A DNA stretch of 64,000 bases from an uncultured Ruficoccus sp. (lineage in GTDB: Bacteria; Verrucomicrobiota; Verrucomicrobiia; Opitutales; Cerasicoccaceae), in the NCBI GenBank assembly GCA_965140785.1, contig OZ223497.1, positions 241,711 through 305,710 on the forward strand. The letters are read 5' to 3'. The position numbers and the translations under genes were made by a program. Of this stretch, positions 1-8,829 are shown one piece after another. The notes beneath the pieces are model-generated. The model worked only from the letters and a program-made list of their open reading frames with translations. It ran no database searches and had not been told where the DNA came from. Numbering within the stretch: position 1 is the stretch's first letter; the number at the start of each line of letters is the position of its first letter.

Positions 1-58
1 CGGCCTCGTCCGCGATCACCTGGAGGGTGATCGGTTGTTTGTGTTTTTCATCGGGCAA
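1..58 (-). CDS. Partial LacI-family regulator (N-terminus only; runs off window start)
   Basis: Manual translation from TTG at 58 gives (M)PDEKHKQPITLQVIADEA..., matching the start of a LacI HTH (compare VTLKTIAQEA in the adjacent gene). Only 19 codons are visible. Confidence 0.6.
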   Translation of the reverse strand, partial: MPDEKHKQPITLQVIADEA

Positions 59-123
59 GGGAGAACCTTTCGCTACAGCGTTTAAATGACCGGTTCGGTT
101 GAAGGAGGGCGACTCCAGGGGCA

Positions 124-1164
124 TCAGGTGCTTGTCGGGGCCGGGGGACGGACCAGGGTGCCTTCCGCCCACGTGCCCCGGATGAGGACTTCCTTGGGGA
201 ACTCGGGCAGACCGTATTCGTTGTTGTTGATCTGTTCGGCCACCAGGTCGACAGCGGCGGCTCCCATGCGTTCCCAATTCGGGTCCACGCCGGAGTACTC
301 GGGGTAATTCGGGCTGCAGGTGAGCATGGCCACGCTGACCTCCTCGGGGATGCGGGCGCCCAGCTCGGACAGGATGCCCGCCACGTGCCAGTTGAGGGAG
401 ATGACGCCATCGGGTTTGTGTTTTTGGAACCAGGCCTTGATCTCCTTTTTATACAGGTCGTCGAGCAGGAGGGGAGGGATGCTCATTTTTTTTCCACCCG
501 TATGCAGCGTGTGGGTCCGTTCATACGCGGCGCTGATTCGGTAGTGGCTTTGAGGTTCGTGGAACTTCTTGCACAGCAAGCCGATGCGCCGGCAACCGCG
601 CTCCCACAACTTCTCATAGGCCAGGCAGGTGTTGCCAAAGAAGTCTTCCGCCACACAGTGCAACTGGTGCGGGGCAACATTGTAGTTGATCGTGGTGACA
701 GCGAAGTCTTCCCAGGGCATGTTGATGACCGCGGTGTGCCGCATCCACGGTAAAATAATGATCCCCCGTACGCCCCGCTGACTCAGCATGTCCGAGAAGC
801 GCTTGGAGGTGAGGTTGGGTTCGCTGTACCAGAGGATGTTCGGGAAAAAGCCCAGCTTCTGGCAACGGGAGCGGATGCCGGAGATCAGCCGGGCGTCGCT
901 TTCAAACTCCATCCATCCGTTGCGCTCGGGAAAGGTGTGGACGATGGCTAGCGCCGACTGCAGGGAGAGCGGCCGGGATTGCCGGACATGGCTCATCAGC
1001 GCGCTCACATGGGGATTGTTGCGGTAGCCCAATCGGTCGGCTATTTCCTGGATACGCTGCCGGGTGGCTTCGGCCACATCCGGGTGATTACGCAGAGCCA
1101 TGGAGACAGTGGCCGTCGTCATCTTTGCCTCTTGGGCAATGGTTTTGAGCGTCACATGGGCCAT
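124..1164 (-). CDS. LacI-family transcriptional regulator
   Basis: N-terminal HTH VTLKTIAQEAKMTTATVSMALRN; C-terminal sugar-binding-like domain (RIPEEVSV, MGAAAVDLV). Confidence 0.93.
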   Translation of the reverse strand: MAHVTLKTIAQEAKMTTATVSMALRNHPDVAEATRQRIQEIADRLGYRNNPHVSALMSHVRQSRPLSLQSALAIVHTFPERNGWMEFESDARLISGIRSRCQKLGFFPNILWYSEPNLTSKRFSDMLSQRGVRGIIILPWMRHTAVINMPWEDFAVTTINYNVAPHQLHCVAEDFFGNTCLAYEKLWERGCRRIGLLCKKFHEPQSHYRISAAYERTHTLHTGGKKMSIPPLLLDDLYKKEIKAWFQKHKPDGVISLNWHVAGILSELGARIPEEVSVAMLTCSPNYPEYSGVDPNWERMGAAAVDLVAEQINNNEYGLPEFPKEVLIRGTWAEGTLVRPPAPTST

Positions 1165-1176
1165 AGGGTAGGGGAT

Positions 1177-1190
1177 TTTAACGAATTAAA
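1177..1190. promoter_or_regulatory. Candidate operator TTTAACGAATTAAA
   Basis: Imperfect palindrome in the divergent intergenic region; its exact reverse complement recurs at 8022-8035. Confidence 0.55.
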
Positions 1191-1299
1191 AGGTGCTGGC
1201 CTTGTTCCTGTCAAGGTTGTGGGGTAGGCTTTTATGCATCCTAAGGCGATGTCAATTTCGTCTGAAATTCTTTTAACCCCGACAACTCTTATCTTTGCG

Positions 1300-2100
1300 A
1301 TGATCACCCCAAGTTTGTATAAAACCTTTCCTTCGATCCTGGCTGGACTGGCCCTGTGTGCCAGCTCCCTGTCGGCTCTCCATGCCGCTGTCCCTCAACG
1401 CGATAAGCTCGTGCTTGAGCTTACCTTTGACGAGGCCGGAGAAGCGGGCTCGAAAACCCTCGACGCGTCCGGTCAGGCCGCCGATCTCCGCGGGGAGCCG
1501 GGAAGCGGCGTCGATGGACGCGCGTTCGACAACACGGGCTCCTCCACCATGGGCGGCAACAACCAACATCCCGGCGAAGGCGGGCAGGTGAAGATCGCCA
1601 ATGGCTCCGAGCTGCTGGCCGGGGCCAAGTCCTTCACCCTGCAGGGCTGGTATCGTACTCAAGAGGGCGAAAAACCGGGCAACTACGCGCGGCTGCTTGC
1701 CAGCGCCCGCGTCTCCAGCTATTTCGATAGCGCCAAGGGCAAGGGACTGGTCATCTCCGTCAACCGCGATCACTGCCTGAGCCCGGACGGGGCCTATCGT
1801 CTGCCCGGCGAATGGGTCTTTTTCGCCATCACCTACGACGGCACCAAGGACAGCGACAACGTCTGCTATTACGTCGGCTCAGCCCGGGCCGAGGTGAGAC
1901 TGGTCGGGCGGGACAGCATGGCGGCGGGTGAGGTTTCCACCAGCGGTTCTTCGCAGGCGATGATTATCGGTAATGTCGGCTCTGGCGATCGTCCGTTTGA
2001 TGGACTGCTGGATAATTTCCGCTTGTGGGTGGATAAGGGAGGGACCGGCGCCGTGCTTTCGAAGAGCGAGCTGGAGCAGGTGCGCAAGTCCGATTCCTGA
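1300..2100 (+). CDS. Secreted LamG/concanavalin A-like jelly-roll protein
   Basis: Signal-peptide-like N-terminus from ATG 1300 (ORF open from 1234); LamG-type motifs SFTLQGW, WVFFAITYDG, RPFDGLLDNFRLW. Confidence 0.8.
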   Translation: MITPSLYKTFPSILAGLALCASSLSALHAAVPQRDKLVLELTFDEAGEAGSKTLDASGQAADLRGEPGSGVDGRAFDNTGSSTMGGNNQHPGEGGQVKIANGSELLAGAKSFTLQGWYRTQEGEKPGNYARLLASARVSSYFDSAKGKGLVISVNRDHCLSPDGAYRLPGEWVFFAITYDGTKDSDNVCYYVGSARAEVRLVGRDSMAAGEVSTSGSSQAMIIGNVGSGDRPFDGLLDNFRLWVDKGGTGAVLSKSELEQVRKSDS

Positions 2101-2134
2101 ACCTCTCTCGCCCCCCTTTACCCCGAAGGACATC

Positions 2135-2881
2135 ATGTTTTCTCTTTATGCTCAACGATTTCCCGACCGGCGACCTGACAGGCCCCGGACGGGATTCAGC
2201 TTGATCGAGCTGCTGACGGTGATTGCCGTGGTGGCGGTGTTGGCTTCGCTGGTGGTCGCCGGACTGAGCAAAATCAAGGTCACGGCGATGAAGTCCGAGG
2301 CCACTGCCAATCTGCGTCAAATCGGGACGGCTGTCCTCGCCTTTGCCAACGAGCACAACGGCACGCTGCCTGGCCCCAGTTCGCTCGGATTGGTTCCTTA
2401 CTATTACAATCCCTATCCGCGTGACCGGTCGATGCAGGCGGCGATTGCTCCCTACTTGGGGATTTCGCCGGACTCGGTCCCCAGGCAGGGGAGGGATCAT
2501 GTTTTCGTGCCCCAACTGGTTTGCCCGGCGGCTTCCAAACTCGTGGACGATCCGGACCACCCGCCGCCTTACTACGTGCAGAACTTTACCCTGCCAATTC
2601 CGCGGGGGCGTATCTTCGGCGCGCAGGCCTGGGGCGAATCCGATGCGGTCGACGGCTGGATGCTCTCGCGTATCGAGCAGTTGGGCCAAAGCGGAAAAAT
2701 CTGGCTCCTGACGAATTTGGACCAGGCCCTGCCGTCCGACTGGTCCGGCATCGGCACCGGGAGTATCAGCTCGTCGGGTTGGTTCAGCCGCCTGCCGGAA
2801 GCCCCGGTGTGGGGGGACGGGCGCCTGCGCCTGTATCTGGACGGCCATGTCGATTTTGTCCCCCGGGCTACAGAACCTTGA
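2135..2881 (+). CDS. Prepilin-type N-terminal cleavage/methylation domain protein (H-X9-DG-like C-terminus)
   Basis: Class III signal G/FSLIELLTVIAVVAVLA, ANLRQIG helix, C-terminal LYLDGHV; AAGGA precedes ATG 2135. Confidence 0.9.
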   Translation: MFSLYAQRFPDRRPDRPRTGFSLIELLTVIAVVAVLASLVVAGLSKIKVTAMKSEATANLRQIGTAVLAFANEHNGTLPGPSSLGLVPYYYNPYPRDRSMQAAIAPYLGISPDSVPRQGRDHVFVPQLVCPAASKLVDDPDHPPPYYVQNFTLPIPRGRIFGAQAWGESDAVDGWMLSRIEQLGQSGKIWLLTNLDQALPSDWSGIGTGSISSSGWFSRLPEAPVWGDGRLRLYLDGHVDFVPRATEP

Positions 2882-2921
2882 GAAATGAACCCGTTGCGGC
2901 CCCTCGCGGCCAACCCCTTTT

Positions 2922-5432
2922 ATGATAAACTTAGATCGAAAAATGCTTTCCCTGCTGGTGACGCTGTGTGCCGCTCCGCTCTGGGGCCAGGCCGACGAAG
3001 TCCTTTTTCAAGACGGCTTTGAATCGGGCCTGGGCTCGTGGGTGGTGACCGAAGACGACCCCATCAGCACCGTCCACCCGAAGGCAGCCCATACCGGCGA
3101 ACGCGGACTCCTGCTCAATGACGAGTACGACAATGCCGGCTCCTCCGTCTCCACCCCCCGCTTCCCGGTCGATCCCGAGATGGGCTACCGGCTGACTTTC
3201 TGGGCCCGGTCGGTGGAGGGAAATGGCGCGGGCGTTTACCTGCGCTTCTTCGACCAGAACGGGCGTCAGCTCCGAAGCGGCAGCGACATGCAGTCCATCT
3301 CCGGTGAGTCCTGGCGCGAGTACCGTTTGGAGGCTTACCCGCCGGAAGGCGCGGTCGAGGTGGAGGGCTGGGTCCACTCCTACAACGGTGCTACCGTGGT
3401 CGTCGTGCTGGATGATGTCGTGTTGGAATCCTTTGTCCCGCAGATCGCGCCGCCCTGGGAGTCCACTTATAAACTCACGCCCGACGATCCGCTGACAGCG
3501 GCGGATGTCCCGGGCCCGGATGGACTGGTCTATCCCGACTGGCGCATGTGCGGGATCGCCGGCGGCATCCCGGCGGTCAAGACCGTGATCGGACCCGAGC
3601 GCTTCGCCGGGATGGAGGGCAAGGACATTGCCCCGCTGATTAACACCGCACTGGATGAAGCCGCCGCCCAGGGCGGGGGAGCAGTAGAGTTGCCTGCCGG
3701 TGAATTCCTCCTGGAGAGCCCCGTGCTCATCCAGCATTCCGGCGTGGTGCTGCGTGGAGCCGGGCGCGACGAAACCCGACTGATTTACCAGGAGCACATT
3801 CCCTACGGTGAGTTGCGCGCCCGTTGCTGGACGCCCTCCGGTGTCATCGGGCCGAACGGCTTTTTCGAAATTCAGGCCAATCCCAAAGACCTCGTTCTGC
3901 TCCGGGCGACCAGCGGCGATACCGTCATTTACGACCGCGACCGTAGCGCGCACTGGGGGAACCGTTTCGGTATGCGTTTTCGCGGCAAGGATGTGTTGGA
4001 AGCCCTCGGGCCGGGCACGCACCCGGCCAAGGCCGAGATCGCCTACGCCAATGGAGATACCTTCACCGAGGAGTTCGAGATAAGGGTTTCTGAGGAAGAG
4101 CAGCCCGACGATCTCTGGATCGATCAGCACGGGGCGATCATGGCGGTGGGCCGCGGGCCCACCGGCCCCGAGATCAAGCTGACCGCCACCTCCGAACGCG
4201 GCAGCAACCAGCTCCATCTGCCAGCAGACCACGGCTTAAAAACCGGCGATCGGATCATGATTCTGGCCCCCACTACCGACCGCTGGAATGCCCTGACCGG
4301 CAACACCTGCCCCTGGGGTACTTTTCGCAGCAACTACCTCGAAGTCACCGCTGTCGATGGCGGCACGGTGACGGTGAACCAGCCCTTCCGAATCGACTTC
4401 CCGGTCGAGGACGGCACCTACGTGCAGAAGGTCGGCGTGGTTGAAAATGTCGGCGTCGAGGACCTCACGGTGGAGCAAAAGGTTTTTACCACCGAGCTGG
4501 TCGGCCCGCGCATCCCCGCCACCCTGTGGTACCCGATGGAGGACCTCTGGGCCAATGGGGTGACCTTCTCCCACGGTTGGAACAGCTGGGTTCGCGGGGT
4601 CAAGGTCGTCAACTCCGGGCGCAACCCCCTTTACCTGACGCGGTCAAAGTTCTGCGAGATCCGCGACTGTATCGCCGACCGGGCGATCTTCCGTGGGGGT
4701 GGCGGTACCGGCTACGTGGGCTTCGAGCGCTCCTACGACTGCCTCATGGACACCATAAGCACCTACACCATGCGCCACGCTCCGGACCTGCAATGGGGCT
4801 CGGCGGGCAATGTCGTGCGCAACGGCCACTTCGTCGGAAGCGATGCGCAGTGGCACGCCGGTTGGACGCACGAGAACCTCTTCGAGAACAACGTGATCGA
4901 GCAGACCAAGGACAACATTGGCGACGGCACCTACGGGCACGCCTTCTTCGCCACCGGCCCGAGTGACTCGGCGCACGGGCCGCAGGGCCCGCGCAACGTC
5001 ATTTACAACAACGATGCCACCGCCCCGAAGAGCGGCTTCGTCATGCTCGGCGGCAACGAGGCCTGGCTCATCCTCTACAATCGCCTCGTGCTCGAAGAGG
5101 GCCGGGCCGTGTACGCCAAGGAGATGAGCTTCGACCACATCATCGCCTACAACACCTTTGTCCTGCCCGGCTCCCAGGGGCCGGCCATCCTGATCGGTTC
5201 CGCGAACTGCACGGGGATCGAGATCTACGACAACAAATTCTACGGACCGGTCGAGGAAGTGGCGGCGTTTGCCTCCGGCCTCGGCGAGTTCGAGTGGGTC
5301 GGGGACAACGAGATCCTGCCCATTCCCGCCGGGGGAGCCGCCTCTGTGCCGCGCCCGGAGCCGGCGGTCAAATCGATTTTCGAGTGGCAGCGTTCCCACT
5401 TGGAGCCGGTTGCCACCCATGTTTCACCCTGA
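2922..5432 (+). CDS. Secreted protein with CBM-like N-terminal domain and right-handed beta-helix (pectin lyase-like fold)
   Basis: Signal peptide; DGFESG..W and YRLTFWARS CBM4/9/16-like segment; GGGAVELPAGEFLL and SGVVLRGAGRDETRL typical of the pectate_lyase_3 N-terminus; beta-helix repeats such as HENLFENN. Confidence 0.75.
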   Translation: MINLDRKMLSLLVTLCAAPLWGQADEVLFQDGFESGLGSWVVTEDDPISTVHPKAAHTGERGLLLNDEYDNAGSSVSTPRFPVDPEMGYRLTFWARSVEGNGAGVYLRFFDQNGRQLRSGSDMQSISGESWREYRLEAYPPEGAVEVEGWVHSYNGATVVVVLDDVVLESFVPQIAPPWESTYKLTPDDPLTAADVPGPDGLVYPDWRMCGIAGGIPAVKTVIGPERFAGMEGKDIAPLINTALDEAAAQGGGAVELPAGEFLLESPVLIQHSGVVLRGAGRDETRLIYQEHIPYGELRARCWTPSGVIGPNGFFEIQANPKDLVLLRATSGDTVIYDRDRSAHWGNRFGMRFRGKDVLEALGPGTHPAKAEIAYANGDTFTEEFEIRVSEEEQPDDLWIDQHGAIMAVGRGPTGPEIKLTATSERGSNQLHLPADHGLKTGDRIMILAPTTDRWNALTGNTCPWGTFRSNYLEVTAVDGGTVTVNQPFRIDFPVEDGTYVQKVGVVENVGVEDLTVEQKVFTTELVGPRIPATLWYPMEDLWANGVTFSHGWNSWVRGVKVVNSGRNPLYLTRSKFCEIRDCIADRAIFRGGGGTGYVGFERSYDCLMDTISTYTMRHAPDLQWGSAGNVVRNGHFVGSDAQWHAGWTHENLFENNVIEQTKDNIGDGTYGHAFFATGPSDSAHGPQGPRNVIYNNDATAPKSGFVMLGGNEAWLILYNRLVLEEGRAVYAKEMSFDHIIAYNTFVLPGSQGPAILIGSANCTGIEIYDNKFYGPVEEVAAFASGLGEFEWVGDNEILPIPAGGAASVPRPEPAVKSIFEWQRSHLEPVATHVSP

Positions 5433-5460
5433 AAAACCCAACCTCAAACGCATCAAGATC

Positions 5461-6351
5461 ATGATTCACAAAAAAATCTTCACCGTACTTTTGACCGCAG
5501 TCGCGGGGAGCCTGCTGCACGGGCAGACCCTGCTCTACGAGTTCCAGTTCAATGACCCGGCCAACGGCACCAACACCGTCGGCACCGGCAACCCCGGCGG
5601 AACCGCCGCCTTCACGAATAACAACAATGTCGATCACGACGATTTAGCCGCCGACTTGCACGGCTCTGCTGGCAGCGGCGTTTCCGGAAGCGCAGGCGAC
5701 TATGCCTTCGACAATACCGTTTCCAGCCAGATGGGTGGTAACAATTCCAACCCGGGTTACGGCGGCATAGCCTCAATTACCAATGGGGCTTTGCCTCTCG
5801 ACGGCATGGGTTCCTTCACCGTTTCCGGCTGGTACTCTAGCTCAAGCACAATCGGCAACTATGCCCGCTTGATCGAGGTCGGTAGCACCGGTGTGTGGTT
5901 TCAAGGATCGACCCTGCAACTGAGTACAAACGTAACGGGGGGTAGTGGCCAAAAGCTGGCCAGTGGGGACAACTCACTGCTCACTACTAACACTTGGCAC
6001 TTCTTCGCATTCACTTATGACGGTGCCACCGGCACGGCCACGCTCTACGCCGGGACAGATGCAGACTCCGTGGGTTTCATCGTCTCCGACACACTTGCCT
6101 CCGGCGATGTCTCCCTCGGCTCGGGTGTTAACCTAGCGATCGGCAACTCCAACTTCAACGATCACCAGCGTCCCTTTGACGGCCTCCTGGACAACTACCG
6201 GGTCTGGGCCAGCGAAGATTCCTCCGGTGCACTCAGCATGAGCGCCCTGGAAGCTGTCCGCGCCGGTGACGTGATCCCCGAGCCATCCACCTACGCGGCC
6301 CTGCTCGGCCTCTCCGTCCTGGCGCTGTCCGTGCTCCGCCGTCGGCGGTAG
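5461..6351 (+). CDS. PEP-CTERM protein with LamG-like domain
   Basis: Signal peptide from ATG 5461; LamG motifs WHFFAFTYDG and RPFDGLLDNYRVW; C-terminal VIPEPSTYAALLGLSVLALSVLRRRR. Confidence 0.92.
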   Translation: MIHKKIFTVLLTAVAGSLLHGQTLLYEFQFNDPANGTNTVGTGNPGGTAAFTNNNNVDHDDLAADLHGSAGSGVSGSAGDYAFDNTVSSQMGGNNSNPGYGGIASITNGALPLDGMGSFTVSGWYSSSSTIGNYARLIEVGSTGVWFQGSTLQLSTNVTGGSGQKLASGDNSLLTTNTWHFFAFTYDGATGTATLYAGTDADSVGFIVSDTLASGDVSLGSGVNLAIGNSNFNDHQRPFDGLLDNYRVWASEDSSGALSMSALEAVRAGDVIPEPSTYAALLGLSVLALSVLRRRR

Positions 6352-6524
6352 GACCGGACTCGACGCGACCTTTACCAAGCCGCTGACTCCGGGCTCCTGC
6401 TGAGCGCCGGAGGAGGGAGGCTTGTCTTGATGCGCCTCGGCGTACCGGTTTTATTCCGGCACGCCGGGGATTTTGTCGTAATTACTCCCCCGATAGCGAG
6501 GGTCGCAGAAGCCTTGCACTAAAC

Positions 6525-6562
6525 AAAAAAGCTCACCGGTCTTTTGTCGGTGAGCTTTTTTT
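6525..6562. terminator. Bidirectional intrinsic terminator
   Basis: A6-GCTCACCG-loop-CGGTGAGC-T7 between convergent genes. Confidence 0.85.
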
Positions 6563-6576
6563 GCTATCTGTTCGTG

Positions 6577-7791
6577 TCAGCGAGCACCGCTGCCGACGAG
6601 GGCAGGGATGCCGACGCGCTTGGCCGGTCTCGCCCACGGCAGGGCCGCTTCGCTGAACAGGAGCCCCTCGTCATAAGCCTGCCGCATGGCCGCATTCAGC
6701 GGGGGGAAGTAGGTCAAGTGCTCGCCGGGCTGGATCTCCCGTGTGCTGAGCCGGTCGTTTGAAAACGTGTGTACGGGGACGGTTTGGATCGCCTCGACAC
6801 AGAGGGTGTGGGCGAGGGCGGCTTCGGCTCCGCAGATGTCCGTGGATGCGTCCGGGGCGCGGCAGCGTTGCAGGCAGCGCCGGAATTTATTCATCTTGTG
6901 TTCATCGGGGCTGCCATAGCTGATACGCTGACCATTGGTCAGGGTGGCTGTGATCTCCCCGCCCACGGAATATTCGACTTGGGCTTCTTCGCATTCGAAG
7001 CGGAAATGTGGCCCGTCAACCTCCCTGACGCAGTGGGCGGTGTAAAACAGGATTTCCGGCCCTTCCTCCGTTTCCACGCGGCAGCAGGCCGCGTCAAAGT
7101 TCTCGATCGGGTTGGCCCGGTAGCATTCCGCCTCCAGCGTCAGCGGTGTGACCGAGAGCCCCGGCGCTGGCCCGCAGACGTAGAGCATGTTGTGCAGGTA
7201 GTGCGCGGTGGCGTTGTTGACCGGACTGTCGAACACACGGTGGCCCTGCGGGTCGCGGATGCAGCCCGCCCAGTTGTTGCGGCCGTAGTAGCTGTCGGAC
7301 CGGGGCCAGGCCACGCGGGTCAGCAACCGCCGGGGTGCGCCCAGACGACCGGCCAGCAGGTCGGCCTTCAAGCGCTGAATGGCCTCGCTGAAAGACCATT
7401 GATAACCGATTTCCAGAAACTTCCCCGCGGCGTCGCGTGCGGCCATCATGCGCCGGGCCTCTTCCACGGTGGCGCTGATCGGCTTTTCGCACAGGACATG
7501 CATCCCGGCACCGAGGGCGGCGCAGGTCTGGTCGGCGTGATAAGCGATGGGCGAGACGATGACGGCGATATCCGCCCGGATGCCGGCGGCGAGGCAGCTC
7601 TCCAGGTCGTCAAAGCAGGGAACGCCCTCGGCGATCAACTCCGGCCAGATGTCTTTCTGGCGTGCGAAGGGATCGACCGCCGCGCACAGCCGGGCCTCGC
7701 CCGTGGCTTTGAGTGCGCGCAACTCTCCGAAATAAACATCACCGTACCCGCTGATGCCGACAAGTAAGACATTTAGGGGGGCGCGCTTCAT
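6577..7791 (-). CDS. Gfo/Idh/MocA family oxidoreductase
   Basis: Rossmann VLLVGISGYG, HVLCEKP motif. Confidence 0.92.
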   Translation of the reverse strand: MKRAPLNVLLVGISGYGDVYFGELRALKATGEARLCAAVDPFARQKDIWPELIAEGVPCFDDLESCLAAGIRADIAVIVSPIAYHADQTCAALGAGMHVLCEKPISATVEEARRMMAARDAAGKFLEIGYQWSFSEAIQRLKADLLAGRLGAPRRLLTRVAWPRSDSYYGRNNWAGCIRDPQGHRVFDSPVNNATAHYLHNMLYVCGPAPGLSVTPLTLEAECYRANPIENFDAACCRVETEEGPEILFYTAHCVREVDGPHFRFECEEAQVEYSVGGEITATLTNGQRISYGSPDEHKMNKFRRCLQRCRAPDASTDICGAEAALAHTLCVEAIQTVPVHTFSNDRLSTREIQPGEHLTYFPPLNAAMRQAYDEGLLFSEAALPWARPAKRVGIPALVGSGAR

Positions 7792-7967
7792 CCTCGTTCC
7801 TCTTCATAAACAAAGGTTGAGCCCGGGCTGAGGTCGTGTCGGTTGGAGATAACGTCGGCGGAGACATGAGTGTGCCGGGCACGAGATCGGTAAACCCGCT
7901 CCGTCTCGTGGTCGGAAGATAAGTGATGGATGGAAGTCGCGGGCATGAAGCGGCCAGGGTTGGAATT

Positions 7968-8004
7968 GGAAAAACGGAAACAGTCTGTCTGTTTCCGTTT
8001 TTCC
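7968..8004. repeat. Perfect 16-bp inverted repeat with 5-nt loop
   Basis: GGAAAAACGGAAACAG-TCTGT-CTGTTTCCGTTTTTCC read directly. Confidence 0.85.
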
Positions 8005-8021
8005 CAACAATGCCCCGGGTC

Positions 8022-8035
8022 TTTAATTCGTTAAA
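8022..8035. promoter_or_regulatory. Candidate operator TTTAATTCGTTAAA
   Basis: Exact reverse complement of 1177-1190; lies upstream of the oxidoreductase gene. Confidence 0.55.
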
Positions 8036-8050
8036 TTCGGGCAAATGCGG

Positions 8051-8680
8051 CTAAATTTCTCCGCGCGGGCCGCAGTGGGTCTCATCGGGGTAGGAGCATT
8101 TTTTGGACGCGGTGAGGCTCGTGCAGGGGATGGGGAGTCTCGCTGAGGCGACAGACAACGGGTCCAGGATTTCGTTGATTTGACACAAGGGCTTTTCGAT
8201 GCGGGGCTTGTCCTGGTCTTCGCAAGCGTCGTAAAGCTCTTTCATCACCTCAGGGATAATGTTGGGCAAACAGATGGGCAGCCTGATGTGGTCGGCGGCA
8301 CGCAGGAGAAACTCCAGAATGTCAGCCTGAGGAAGGTGGAAAAAGGAGGGCGGCATGAGGGCAACCCCATCGGCTCCTGAGCTCCAGGCATACTCGGCCA
8401 GGGTGACGACGTTTTCCAGGCGGGTGTCACTCACATTGATAATAATGGACAGAGTAGGGGCGAGGTCGGCGATGGCGCTTATCAACTCTATGCGGGGTCG
8501 GAATATCCAAGCGCGTGAACTCCCCGGTACTGCCCAGCGCGATAACACCGTCGACCCCGTTTTGCTTCAGGAAAGTTCTGTGGCTGGCCAAGGCCTGATT
8601 GTCGATGTTTCCATTGGCCTGAGTCGGCGTCTACAGGGCGTTAATTAGGCCCCGATGGGGCAGGAAGGAGATTCGCGCAT
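8051..8680 (-). pseudogene. Degraded DHDPS/NAL-family aldolase
   Basis: Manual translation GLINAL*TPTQANGNIDNQAL...GVDGVIALGSTGEF, then a frameshift near 8495 into IELISAIADLAP...GADGVALMPPSFF...LPICL, joined directly to PNIIPEVMKELY. In-frame stop at 8631-8633; central catalytic segment missing; boundaries approximate. Confidence 0.85.
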
Positions 8681-8829
8681 GATCGGTTACCTCTAAACGA
8701 TTATCTATTCGATGCTGTTGTCCGGCTATCAACGCATTCAAAACAGAGTTAGGAAAAAACGTTTTATCCAAATCGGCTCATTTCGCGATTTATCGATGGG
8801 CAAAGCTCATTCACTCGCCGATTTTCTGA

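Noticed and set aside
8692..8768. TAAACGATTA and AAAACGTTTT as LacI operators
   Set aside because: Plausible but short, and upstream of a pseudogene; too weak to call.
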